From assembly GCA_000004695.1 (NCBI GenBank), contig CM000151.3, positions 7,296,001 to 7,360,000 on the forward strand: a stretch of DNA of 64,000 nucleotides, read 5' to 3'. Positions 40,501 through 59,155 of the stretch are shown in pieces. The notes beneath the pieces are model-generated. The model saw only the letters and a list, made by a program, of their open reading frames with translations. It searched no databases and was not told the origin of the DNA. Each line of letters starts with the position of its first letter. Position 1 is the stretch's first letter. Position numbers and translations under genes: made by a program. Source of the DNA: Dictyostelium discoideum. Taxonomy: Eukaryota.

Positions 40501-41443
40501 AGGTGAATCAGGTGTTCTCTCTGTAGAGTATGATCACACTCAAAAGTCATCTTGTATTTGGCCATTGTCAGATTATACCAAAGTCCACATTGGCCATAAG
40601 AATGGTACCGTCACTATGGTTGATTTCATTGAACAACCAATTGAAGTTATTCATACATCAAGACCAACCAATTTGGCTGATGGTTTCGATTTCACCTTTC
40701 CTGGTAAATATTTGATTTGGGAACACACAATCATTCACTATTGGGATGTTGAAACAAGTACACTCTTGTGGAATGAACTAAATGCTCACACAAAGAAAAT
40801 CACTCAATCAAAGATTGTCGCACAACATGAACTTTCTAATAAAGGTATCGTATTCACAACTAGCTCTGATAAATCTGCAAAAGTTTGGGATTTAACAAAT
40901 GGTACTTGTATAAATACTTTGGTTGGCCATTCATATGCCGTCAATTGTATTGAACCAATTGGTGACTATATGGCTTTGACAGGTTCCACTGATAAAACTC
41001 TTAAACTTTGGGATCTTAGACAAGCCTCAACATTTATATCTAGTTACTCTACTAAACACACTGGTCCAATTAGATGTATTTCCTATCAAGAAAAGAATGG
41101 TATTGTTTTAAGTGGTAGTGATGATGGTTCAATCATTGCATTTAACTTGGATAATTGGAATCTTTCAAATATCTCTGTTGTTAAAAAACCAATCTTTAAT
41201 AATGTTATTGGTAATATTGGTACAACAACAACAACAACTACTACTACCACTACAACTACAACTACTACTACTTCAACTACAAATAATACTAATGTACCAG
41301 AGATTCCAAAGATTAATTTAGGTACTTTTAAGGATTCCAAAAGACTTCATAATCATGAATCTGCTGTAACTTGCATTGAATCTGATGAAGCTGGTTTTAT
41401 TAGTGGATCACAAAATGGATTGGTTTTGAGATGGGACTTTTAA
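37559..41443 (+). CDS. fbxA: START lipid-binding domain + F-box + C-terminal WD40-repeat protein, 1247 aa; probably FbxA/ChtA; 2 exons 37559..37795, 37937..41443
   Basis: Exon 1 ends ..LLLDISSRSK, then a phase-0 GTAATT..AG intron, then WDFHCREAHIIEEYDH..., which gives a START-like domain. F-box: LPEEVVQIIFSNLSAINIVNLSLVCKRFKMATDSPILWKNLY. WD40 repeats in the last ~350 aa, for example GHSYAVNCIEPIGDYMALTGSTDKTLKLWDL. Long polyQ and polyT tracts. The spliced length of 1247 aa equals the length I recall for D. discoideum FbxA. Confidence 0.7.
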
Positions 41444-41817
41444 GTTAGGTTTCCAATTTTATTACAATCATCAAAATAAATTAAACAACAAAAAAAAAAA
41501 TAAAAAAATAAAAATAATTTATTTATGTATTTTTTGTCAAAGATTTATATTATTTATATAAAATTTGTTTTATTTTTTATTTTTTTTTTAGTTTTTTAGT
41601 TTTTGATTTAATTTTAAATTAACCAATTCGATAGATTTAAAAAAAAAGAGATAAAAAATAAAAAAAAATCGATTTATTTTTATAAAAATAAAGTTTGGAT
41701 TGAATTGATTTCTACTTTTATCATTATTATTATTATTATTATTATTATTTATTATTAATTTATTATTATTTATTATTATTTGTTATTTATTATTATTTAT
41801 TTATTATTTCTTATTTA

Positions 41818-42487
41818 CTAATTAATACCCCAAACCTCAACAACATAAGGTTTGAAATCATTTTCCTTTGAGAGTACTGTATTATTAAAAGTTTCGGAAG
41901 GACCTGAATAACCGTGAAGGAATTCATTATCCATCCATAATCCAAACATTGAACCACCACCAATTGAAATATAATCGTGACTTGCATAAATGAACATGTC
42001 ATTCTCTTTTGTCCATCGGAAGATATCGAAATCTGGATATATTTTGAATAAGAAAGTTTCACCACTACCAAAGAATACATCTTTTCTAGGTTCAACACGG
42101 TCAGATAAAAATGCACCAAAAATGTATCCATTCTCATCTTGAATCAAAAGAATGGATTGTTCAACTGTTTTGATTCTTTTATAAAAAGTGATGAAAGAAA
42201 CACCGTCGTTGGTGGTGTTGAAGAGTAATTCAATATCTGAGCCTTGAGTACGAATTGGAAGATAATGACGAAGTTTTTTATAGATTTCTGGTGTCATTAA
42301 TATTTTCTCTTGGAATTGATATTTAGTTTGATCTTGTAATAATTTTGGTGTTGTTGAGAAAGTCTCATCAAAAGAGGAGGCTAATGAATCACTAGATACA
42401 AGGGATCTAATATTATTATGACTACCATTTCTCCAATGATTAATTGAAATGGGTGCTGTTGGTTTTATACCTGTTGTAGTAACAGTG

Positions 42488-42519
<32 letters not shown>

Positions 42520-43324
42520 GGTAGTATTATTATTATTATTATTAATCGATAATGGTGCAATAACTGTTTGTTGACTATTGAAAGAACCTGTTAAATTTGG
42601 ACTTGAGGTTTGAGGTGAAAATTTACTATCAACAATCAATTGTTTTAAATAAGAGAAACAAGTATGAACACTTGTAGGATCACTACCTCTGAAGAATAAA
42701 GTTTGAATAGAGTTATCTTTATGAATGATTGCATAAATACAAGGAAAGATTAAAACCTTTTTATTTGCTCCAGTGATTTCATCTGTAACTGTCATTTCTT
42801 CTTCCTCTTCCATTAAATTTAATTTTGAAATTTCTTTTTGAATAAAAGCATCATGTTCCTCTTCTTCTTTTTTACTTTTAACCTTTGATTTTACTTTACT
42901 ATTATTATCATTGCCAATGCCACCAACTGAGCTACCATTTATACCTTTGTTAATTTTATCTTTAATATAACGTTGTTCTTTATACCAATCTTTTGAAAAA
43001 TGAGCTAACCATTCCGATTTATCGAATAAATATTTACAACTAATAATATGTGAATATTCAGCATGTAATTGAACAGATTTACCTATTAAACCTGGTTCCA
43101 TTATTGATTGAAAGATTAATTGATATGGTGTAAGTGTAAGATGACCAACCACTTTTTGATTTCTCATAAAACAAACTAATTTTTCTTTAACTATACTTTC
43201 TTTACTAATTCTTTCAAATCTACTTGTTGCTGAGAATGGTATATGAATTGGTGGTTTATTATTTGTAATTGGATTATTACTTATACTATTACCACTATTA
43301 TTATTACTATTATTATTATTATTG

Positions 43325-43355
<31 letters not shown>

Positions 43356-43369
43356 TACTATTATTATTA

Positions 43370-43404
<35 letters not shown>

Positions 43405-44631
43405 GTTGTTATTATTATTACCATCATCAAATGCCATTTTAATTTCTTCTTTTGATGGTTTAAATAAATCATTTACATTTAAGGATGAACCACCTGATAA
43501 AGCTCTTCCTCTATTATTACTATTATTAGTAGGTGATAAACATTCGATACCACCACTACCATTAATACTACTACTACTAACACTACTACTACTATTATTA
43601 ATATCTAATGAATCAATTGAATCAGCAGATGTTGTAATAAGGGATGGTGGTTGTTCAATAATTTGTTCCTCATTTAAATTTAGATTCTTTTTCTTATAAA
43701 CCCATAATTGTGTACCAGGTTTAAGTAATTTTTCAGAATGTAATAATCTATTAGCTTGAATTAAAACATCTCTTGGCATTGAGAATTGAAGTGAAATACC
43801 AGTAAGTGTATCTTTTTCTTTTACAGTATAAAGTTGATAAATATAATTATTATTTGAAATATTTGGGGGTTCTGCAAATTTACAACCTATTGAACCTGAT
43901 CTCGTTCTATTACCGCCACTTGGTGTAAATCCACCACTATTATTATTATTATTATTATTATAATTACTATTATTTCCATTTAATAAAATATCAATTGATG
44001 GTGAAACTAAATTTGTTGAAGCACTTTGAGATCTTAATCTCTCATTGTTGTTATTATTACTAGCACCAATCATTGGTGATAAAGATGGACTATTTATTGG
44101 AGGTACAGCAGATGATAATGAAATTGGTGATAATGGTGTACCACCACTAAGTGGATGAGTTGTAACAGGTGTACCACTAGTTCCTTCATGATAAGGTGAA
44201 TTTAAATTGATTTTCTTTGGTTGATTATTTACATTCTTTGGTATTCTCTTTTGAATGGTTGGTGAATCTAATAGATTGGTGATCTCTGGGAAATGAGATT
44301 TATTTGATTTATAAAATGATGAAATCAATGCCAACAAGTGATAAAGATACGGTTTTTTTTTATCCTTTAATTGACTTGCTAATTTATCCAATTTCTTCTT
44401 TAATTTAACTTTAAAATCTGTAATTGCCATTGTTGAATCACTAAAAACAATATCAAATGATGGTGCTGCTGATGGATATAAAAATGGGAATAAAATGATC
44501 ACTACAAATTTTCTATTATCAACATTTGCAATACAAACTCTATCTGCTAATGATAATTTTTCAAATGTAACATATTCAAATTTCTCTGTAATTATATTAC
44601 CAAGTTCTTGATGTAAATCTAATGGTTTATG

Positions 44632-44713
<82 letters not shown>

Positions 44714-46251
44714 GTTATAAATGGTGATTTTTTATTTAAATTTGAAATATCTTCTTCATCTGTACTTTCCTCTAATTCATTTGATAACATTTTATTCATT
44801 AAATCTTGTGATTCTTGAGAAATTCTAATATTAGTTGGTAATACTAATTTTGGAGGACCATCTTCCTTTGTAAAGATATCAATCATTTCATTTGTAATTC
44901 TCCACATATTGAATTGATTATCTTTACCAATTGATGTTACATAATGTTGTTTTTCACCACCTGCTACTTCAGTTGTTCTCCAATCAAAATTTAATATAGT
45001 ATCTTTATGTCCACCTGATAATGAAAGTATTGGATGCTCTGAACATTTTGCATTCCTAAATTGAATATCATTATATGATCCCTTTGATGAAATTGAACCA
45101 ATAATATCATTATTAACAAATGGCTAAAAAAAAAAAAATAATAAATAAATAAATATTAAATTAATACTTTTATTATTATTTCCAATTGATCAATGATATT
45201 TTTAAAAATAACAAGGTGTATATATAAATATACATACAAGGAATCTAGCGATATTACAAGTTGAATCTATATTATATCTATGTAATAAATTACTTGGAGG
45301 TGTTACATCCCAAACTTTTACACATTTTTCAGTTGGGCCACATGTTAATAGTTGATTTCTTTCCTTTGGACTCCATTCAATATTTGAAATTGAACCTATA
45401 TGTGCTGAAACACATGATAATGGTGATCCAAATTTCTATAAAAAAAAAAAAAAAAAATAAAAAAAAAAAAAAATGTTATTAATAAGTGTTGTTATAAAAA
45501 TATTAGAGTTTTTATTAATAATAATAATAATTACTCTTATATCCCAAATATTAAATTCACTAGCATTTGAAGTTGCTAGCATTGTACTTGAATTTGGATT
45601 CCAAGCGATTTGAGATAAATTTGATCTTGCTTTAAAGTTTGTACTAATTCCACCACTACCTTGAGTACGTTCTCTAATATCGAAAATATTTGCCATACAA
45701 TCAGAGCTTGCACTAGCGATTAAATTGGTCTCTTGTGTATTCCATGAGAGTGATGTAATATGTCTAATATGTGATTTAGAGAATTTAACAATCAATTTCT
45801 CATCTCTAACATTCCAAAGATAAATTGAATAATCCTTTAATGATGATGATACTAATAAATGTGATTCAGATTTATTTGTACTCCATTTTAATAAATCACA
45901 TTCAATCTCTTTAGAATTTGATTTTAATTTCTTAAAAATACATGGTGTTGTTGTTGGTGATGATGTTGTGGTTGTTGTCGATGATGATGATGATGAATGA
46001 TGTGATGATAAAAAACCTTTACTAATATTATTACTACTACTACTTGCTTCATCTATAATACTGATTTTATCATCTTGTGTATCCTTTGGTAAATTCAATA
46101 TGAATAAACTTCTCTCACTTGAGATTGCAACATGTTCACCTGTTAAATCAACTGCCAATGATGAGAATTTATATTTATTCTTTTTATCTAAACATGTTGA
46201 TACAATTGGTTGGAATGAATTTTGTTTAAACTGATTTGTACCATCCATCAT
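41818..46251 (-). CDS. multidomain protein with N-terminal WD40 repeats, LysM, GRAM and C-terminal TLDc domains (OXR1/NCOA7-like C-terminal half); 3 exons 46251..45535, 45435..45238, 45123..41818; about 1406 aa
   Basis: ORF 45436..46251 (WD repeats, for example LVSSSLKDYSIYLWNV and ASASSDCMANIFDI) ends at a phase-0 GTAATT donor. A 198-nt exon (KFGSPLSCVSAHIGSISNIEWSPKERNQLLTCGPTEKCVKVWDV...NIARFL) follows. A GTATGT..AG intron then leads into an open frame that is continuous with ORF 41818..44907 (PFVNNDIIG...GHKDTILNFDWRT...NMWRITNEMIDIF...). LysM: YTVKEKDTLTGISLQFSMPRDVLIQANRLLHSEKLLKPGTQLWV. GRAM: ERISKESIVKEKLVCFMRNQKVVGHLTLTPYQLIFQS. TLDc: DIELLFNTTNDGVSFITFYKRIK...GYIFGAFLSD...GSGETFLFKIYPDFDIFRWTKENDMFIYAS...GLWMDNEFLHGYSGPSETFNNTVLS. 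Confidence 0.75.
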
Positions 46252-46421
46252 TAATATTAAATTTTATTTTTGATTTTTTTTTTTTTTTTATTTATTTTTT
46301 GATTTTTTTATTTTTTAACGAGAATTGAAATGAATAATTATTATTATTATTAAAAATTATTATTATTATTATTATTATTATAAATTATAAATCCATTAAG
46401 TAATAATTATTATTGGTTCTG

Positions 46422-46499
<78 letters not shown>

Positions 46500-47074
46500 A
46501 AAAAAAAAAAAAAAAAAAATTTAAAAAAAAAATAAAAAAAAAAAAAAAAAAAAATCATATTGTTGGTTAACCCTAATTACCAAATCTAAACAAGAAAAAA
46601 ACAACTTGTCAATTAGTTTTTTTTATATATTTTTTTTTTTATTAATCTTTTCCAGTTTTATTTGTTTGATATTATTATTATTTAATTATTTTTTTTTACA
46701 ATTTTTTTTTTTTTTTTTTTCAAACTCCGATACTATAATTTCATTTTCAAGGTATTATTTTTTTTATTTATTATTATTTTATAATTTTTTATTATTTTTA
46801 ATTATTATTATTTTTATTAATAATTTTAAAATTTTATTATTAAAAATTATCTTTTAAAAATAATATTCATTGCTCATTTTCAATAAAAAATGATTTCCGA
46901 AAAAACGAAATACACCTAAAATTTCCTTAAGATATTTTTTATTTTTTTTTTCCAAAAAAAAATAAAATTTTTAAGATATTTTTTAAAAAATAAAAATTGA
47001 GATGTCTTTTTTTTAAAAAAAAAGGAATTTCCTAAAATTATTTATTTTGTGTTGATTACTAATTTTTTTTTTTT

Positions 47075-47107
<33 letters not shown>

Positions 47108-47112
47108 TATTA

Positions 47113-49014
47113 TTAAGAATTTGAATGATTTTTACCTGATAAAACTCTGTCTAAATTAAAAGCAGCACTAATTAAACTTAAATGAGTGAAAGCTTGTGGA
47201 AAATTACCTAAAGCTTCACCACCAATACCAATTTCTTCAGAGAATAAACCCAAATGATTTGCATAACCTAACATTTCATCAAATATTAAACGAGCTTTAA
47301 CTAGATATTCTTTATTGACAACGGAAGCTCTTGTTAAACTTTCGATTAACCAAAATGTACAAATATTGAAAGTACCTTCTTCACCATCCAAACCATCGGT
47401 TGCAATATGATCATCATGACCATGGGTTAGATTATAACGAAATACCAAAGAGTTTGCAACTAGACCTCCTTCTTCCACTGGTTTGAGTATTGCTTCTAAT
47501 GTTGCTAAATTTCTTGGGTCTGATGGAGCCATAAAGAAAACCAACGACATTATCAATGTTGAAGCATCCAATGCTTTACTACCATAGAATTGAGTAATCT
47601 TTGTCCATTTATCACGTGGGGCTGGGAATGATCTACGATCTGCCAAACGCAATCCTCTATCCAATGCCACCCAACACATTATCTTGGAGTAGGTGAAATG
47701 TTGTTTACCACTTCTAACTTCCCAAATACCTTCATCCTTGGTTTGATAATTATCAGCCACCCAATCGACCATCTTCCTAATATGTAACCAAAAATCGTAG
47801 GAAACCAACGACCCATACTTATTGGAGAGATAAATCGAATCCATAAACTCGCCGAAAATGTCCATTTGAACTTGATTGATTGCATCATTACCAACTCTAA
47901 CCGGCTTGCTATCTCTATAGCCTGAAAGATGGTCCAATGTGTATTCGGGGATTTTATCATCGCCATGAATGCTATACATGACACGCACGGGCATGCTTCT
48001 TTTTGGGTCGTCATAAACTGCTTCGGCACATCTTGTTTCCAACCATTTCATAAATGCATGTGCTTCTTCAATGAAGCCAATTCTAATCAAACCATAGACA
48101 GAGAAACTTGAATCTCTCAACCAAGCGTATCTGTAATCCCAATTTCTAGGCCCACCCAATCCCTCTGGTAGCGAACAAGTTGGCGAGGCAATGATTGCAC
48201 CCGTTGGAGCGAATGTCATAAGCTTCAAACATAGTGCACTACGTTCCACGATTTCCCTCCATCTTCCCTTGTAAGTGCATTTCTCCAACCATTTTTGCCA
48301 GTAGAATATGGTGCCCATGAATAATTCATTCTCCAATTTGCCAATATCCTCTGGAACACGATAGAGATGCTTTGGAAACAAGTCTACACTATCAAACGAT
48401 TCCTTTAGTATGAACACCACCACATCATTCTCTTTGACAGTGAAGACCGATTCTAGGAACCCCCCATTTCCATCATTGATAAGTGTCATTGGAATCTTTG
48501 ATATTAAATCTAAATTGATCTTTGTAGGCTCAGATTGAATATTGTAACCAAATTCTGTTTTCTCCATTTTATGTTTATCTAATGCGAAATTGAATGTTGG
48601 TTTGAATATCATTTTCATATCTAATTTGCCTCTGATTCCTTTAACTTTTCTAACTAACCATTTCGAGCCTTTTCCATCTACAACTGGCATATAATCAATC
48701 ACTGATGCTACCGATTCAACTAAATGAAATCTACTCTGAAGTACATTTGTATCTGGCCAATAGCTTTGCTTGGTTTTGGTTTGTTTACACTTCGATCTCA
48801 ATGTTTCTGGTGCAATACGCCAATGTCCACCCTTTTCACAATCTAACAATGAGCAAAACATAGCTGGTGAATCAAAATGCGGCCAACACATAAAATTAAT
48901 ATCAGCATGAATTGATATCAATGCACTTGTTAACATATTTCCAATAACTCCATGATTTTCAATTAATGGATAAGATTCACAAACTCCATCAATTTCAATT
49001 TCATTACTTGCCAT
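47113..49014 (-). CDS. glycoside hydrolase family 15-related protein (glucoamylase / bacterial-type trehalase-like), intronless
   Basis: Single 633-aa ORF. GH15-type motifs: NWDYRYAWLRDSSFSVYGLIRIGFIEEAHAFMKWL and FWLHIRKMVDWVADNYQTKDEGIWE. No signal peptide. By eye the GC content is clearly higher than in neighbouring genes (many GGC/GCC/CGC codons). The short ORFs 47679..48029 and 47929..48111 are alternative frames of this gene. Confidence 0.75.
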   Translation of the reverse strand: MASNEIEIDGVCESYPLIENHGVIGNMLTSALISIHADINFMCWPHFDSPAMFCSLLDCEKGGHWRIAPETLRSKCKQTKTKQSYWPDTNVLQSRFHLVESVASVIDYMPVVDGKGSKWLVRKVKGIRGKLDMKMIFKPTFNFALDKHKMEKTEFGYNIQSEPTKINLDLISKIPMTLINDGNGGFLESVFTVKENDVVVFILKESFDSVDLFPKHLYRVPEDIGKLENELFMGTIFYWQKWLEKCTYKGRWREIVERSALCLKLMTFAPTGAIIASPTCSLPEGLGGPRNWDYRYAWLRDSSFSVYGLIRIGFIEEAHAFMKWLETRCAEAVYDDPKRSMPVRVMYSIHGDDKIPEYTLDHLSGYRDSKPVRVGNDAINQVQMDIFGEFMDSIYLSNKYGSLVSYDFWLHIRKMVDWVADNYQTKDEGIWEVRSGKQHFTYSKIMCWVALDRGLRLADRRSFPAPRDKWTKITQFYGSKALDASTLIMSLVFFMAPSDPRNLATLEAILKPVEEGGLVANSLVFRYNLTHGHDDHIATDGLDGEEGTFNICTFWLIESLTRASVVNKEYLVKARLIFDEMLGYANHLGLFSEEIGIGGEALGNFPQAFTHLSLISAAFNLDRVLSGKNHSNS

Positions 49015-49119
49015 TTTAAATTTTTAAAAAAATAATTTATTTATTTATTAATTAATAATTGGGTAATAATTGGTTAATTAATTTTTAATAATAATAATAA
49101 TTTTTTTTTTTTAATTTTT

Positions 49120-49150
<31 letters not shown>

Positions 49151-49770
49151 GGAAATCCCTTTTAATGGAAAAAAAAAAAAAAAAAAAAAAAGGAATTAAT
49201 GTTATTTATATGTAAATAAAGTAGTAATACAATATTATAATAAAAAAAAAATATGTAATATTAATATTAATTAAGTAAATAATAAAAAAAAAAAAAAATA
49301 ATAATGTTAATATTTTTTTATTTTTTTATTTATTTATTTTTTTTATTTATTTATTTAATTAATTTATTTATTTGTTAATCTGCCATACACATTAAAAATT
49401 TAATTGAAATAATATTTTTAATAAAAAATAATACACTACAACTTTTTTTATTTTTTTATTTGTTTTTTTTTTTTTTGAATTGGTTTATTATTTTATTTGT
49501 ATACATTGTGGTAAATTTAACATTCCAAAAATTATGGTGTGAAGTGCAGTTTGGGTGTTCATTTACAAAAAAATAATTTTAAATTTTTTTTTTTTTTTTT
49601 TTTATTGAAATAATGCCCCCCTGTATATATATATGTATGATTTATAGATTTTATTTTATTTTTTAAAAGTTCAGTGAGTTGCGAATATAATATTTTTAAT
49701 ATATTAAAAAAAAAAAAATTTTATTTATTTTTGTATGACTAATTTCAGAAACTGTTTTTTAAATTATTTT

Positions 49771-49811
<41 letters not shown>

Positions 49812-50119
49812 AAAAATAAAAAAAAAAAAGAATTTAAGCGCTAAAAATTTTATTTTCTTTTTTTTTTTTTTTTTATTTATTTTGGAAACATAAAAAATCG
49901 ATACAGCTTGTTTTCTTTATTTATTTAATAAACATTTAAATAAGAATTTCACACGCGCCCTATGATTGAAATAACGAAAATAAAAGAGTCAAAAACTAAA
50001 ACAATAAATAAATAAACAATAACCAAATAAAACTCAACATTAAACTTTTTTTTTTATTTTTTTTTATTTAATTTTATAATTGTATAATAAAAAATAATAA
50101 TAATAAAAACAATAATAAA

Positions 50120-52205
<2,086 letters not shown>

Positions 52206-52546
52206 TACTTTTAATTGGGTATTAATTTCCATTTTTTTTTTCAAATTATTTTTTGTTTCTTTTTCTTTTTCTTTTTTTTTTTTCAATTTATTTTTTTTTA
52301 ATAAAATGTACAACAAATCATATTTATTAATATTAATTTATTTATTAAAATTTGAATTTTTTTTTTTTTTTTTTTTTTTTTCTTTGTTTTTTAAATCTAA
52401 GTTTTTTTTTCTTATAATTTTTATTTTTGTTTTTTATATTTTATTTAAAAGAAAAAATATTTTTTTTTTTTCCTAATTTTTTCAATTTTTTTTTTTCACT
52501 TTACATTTTTTTTTTTTTTAATAACCACCAACCCAAATTAAATTTA

Positions 52547-56301
<3,755 letters not shown>

Positions 56302-56434
56302 AATAAATAATTAATTAATTAATTAATTAATTAAATAATAATAATAATAATAACTCTTTTTAAATAAATTAATAAAACTCTATTGTTAAATATCTAAATG
56401 AATTTATTTTTATTAAAATATAATTTTTATAATA

Positions 56435-56549
<115 letters not shown>

Positions 56550-56563
56550 TAAAATTTTGTTTT

Positions 56564-56737
56564 TTAATAATTTGAATAAGATTGTTGGCTTTGGTTAACT
56601 TGATAACTATCATTTAAATTTAATATTGGTTCAATATCTTTTTGATTAGGGCTTTTATTGTTATCGATTTTATTATTATTAATTATTGATTGATTATTAT
56701 TATTATTATCACTATTGTTATTATTATTATTATTAAA

Positions 56738-56831
<94 letters not shown>

Positions 56832-57960
56832 TCAGATTTATACATTGGTGAATATTTATTTCCTGAATTATTATTTTCTATATTAAAATGAATTTCTTCA
56901 ATATCACCAATTGGATGACCATGATGTTTTGGTATTATTATTCTAAAACAAAATAAGGTTGCAAAGAAGGAAGCAACGGAACCGGTCAATAATGAATAAA
57001 CCACATTTCCTTTTGATAAATCTAAAATTAAACCAATACCTAAAGATACTACCATTTGTGGAACTACAACGAATATATTTAATGTACCAATATTGAGACC
57101 ACTACTTTCATTATCTTCAACACCCATACCTACAATTGAAAATGGTAAAATCATAACAATAGCCCATGGAATACCAGTTGATGCAATTAATAGTAATGAA
57201 CCAATTTTCGATTCAACAAAATAAAACAATGCAAAGAAAATACATTGTAAAAGATTACCACCAATATAAATGTATTTCATATCTATGAACTTCACTAAAA
57301 ACGGTATTAACAATGAAACTGCAATCGTTATTCCACTACTAATCGTTAATGATAATGAACCCCAACGAACACCATCTTGAAATAATATCCTTGAATCTGA
57401 ATACTCGGGTGCATTTGGATCACCACCGAAAACATTTACGCCAACCCAAGTTGTAATGAAAAGTACAAACGAAAACCACCCAATCCATGAAAAGAATTGA
57501 ACGGCACATAATCTTTGTAAATATGTGGGCATTTTAACAATACCCTTAAACATTGTCTTTAATGGGTTTTCAACTGATTGATCTTCATTTACCCTAATAT
57601 ATTGTTCCTCTGTTACAAACCCTAATGTCATCACTACACAAAATAATAATACCATAATTGATAGTGTAAATAATGCTCTCGTATCTGTCTTCATAAATGG
57701 AACCATTCTAACCAAATCAATTGAACCCATCATATATCCTAATAAATTACCAGTACCCAACATCAATGAAAATAATGAACTACCTAAACTTTGTTGAGAT
57801 GGTGCTGCAATATCAACTAATAATGCTCTACATGGTGCTTGAACTGCATTATTTGATAAATCTAATATCCAAAATCCAACAATCTAAAAAAAAAATATAT
57901 TAATAAATAATAAAATATAAATTTATTATTATTTATTTATTTATATATTTATTTATATAT

Positions 57961-58015
<55 letters not shown>

Positions 58016-59155
58016 TGTACTATTTTCAAATTATTATTATTTAAATTATATTATTATAATTTTTATTAAAATTACTTACAGCTATTGAAATTGCAATTGA
58101 TTTCTTTTGTTCTGAATCACCAAAATATGAACCAAATGTTTCTGCGTTTGAAATTAAAACTAAACCAATTGATATAAATACTGAACCAATTAAAATGAAT
58201 GGTTTCCTTCTTCCAAATCTACATTCTGACCTATCTGTTATTACACCTACCAAAGGTTGGACAATTAATCCTGATATTGGACCTGCTAACCAAATATATG
58301 ATACCCATTTTTGTTCAACTCCTAACTCTAAAAATAATGGTGTACTAAATGCAATTTGTAATGCCCCTTTTTTTTAAAAAAAAAAAATAAAAAATAAAAA
58401 ATAATAATAATTTAGTAATTTTACAAAAAGTTTTTATAATTTTTAAAATGTATCCATTATTTTTTTTTTTTTTTTTTTTTTTTAAGTTATATCTTACATC
58501 CAAATTGGACACCTAAAAAACAAATTGTTAAACAAATTAAATTAAATAATGGTAATGTTTTCTTATGACCAGAATTTAATAAAATTTCGTTATCAATTTT
58601 TAAAACACCACCAATTATTGGTGTATTTTCATTTGAGGTATTTAAAATTCCACTACTACTTGCCCCTAATGAACTTGATGTATTTAATGAAGATAATGAA
58701 TTTGCCGTACTAGCTGTTGTTGTTGTGGTTGTAGTTGTCATTGGTTGTTTTGGAGTGGTGGATGTTTCAGAATGATGAGGGTTACCACAACTACTTGAAA
58801 TTGAATATGATGATAATATTTTTGGAGCATGTTCATTTGCCTTTAATTTATTTTTTTTTTCCTTTCCATCATCATTACCACCACCTCCACATCCACCACC
58901 ACTATCACCACCCCCACCACCACTATCTCCTTCACCATTTCCAAGATTTGTTTTATCTATAAAATTGGTGTCTTTTTCAATGTTGATTTTATTGCTATTA
59001 TTGTTATTATTAATATTTCCTTCTTTTTCTTCTTTTTCCTCTTCTTCTTCTTCTTCTTCTTTAATATCATTTTCATCTTCATTTATTGTTTCATCTTCTT
59101 GCTTATAATATTTATTTTTTATTTTATTTTTACTATTACTATTATTATATGTCAT
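56564..59155 (-). CDS. SLC45 / sucrose-H+ symporter-like MFS (GPH family) transporter; 3 exons 59155..58498, 58366..58080, 57883..56564
   Basis: Transporter signature VGVITDRSECRFGRRKPFILIGSVFISIGLVLIS (the D-R-x-G-R-R-x-P-F motif of SLC45/SUT carriers), with about 12 TM segments. Exon 1 ends GVQFG + T (phase-1 GTAAGA). Exon 2 starts (T)GGALQIAFSTPLFLELGVEQKW. The second intron contains an (ATTT)n repeat. There is a long Gly/Asp/Glu-rich N-terminal extension and an Asn-rich C-tail. Confidence 0.7.
57941..58016. repeat. (ATTT)n tetranucleotide repeat within intron 2 of the transporter gene
   Basis: atttatttatttattt... about 18 units, between the donor at 58079 and the acceptor at 57884 on the minus strand. 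Confidence 0.85.

Noticed and set aside
41811-42137. 108-aa ORF MRMDTFLVHFYLTVLNLEK... overlapping the 3' end of the TLDc gene
   Set aside because: It is an alternative frame on the same strand as the strongly supported TLDc domain exon and has no homology.
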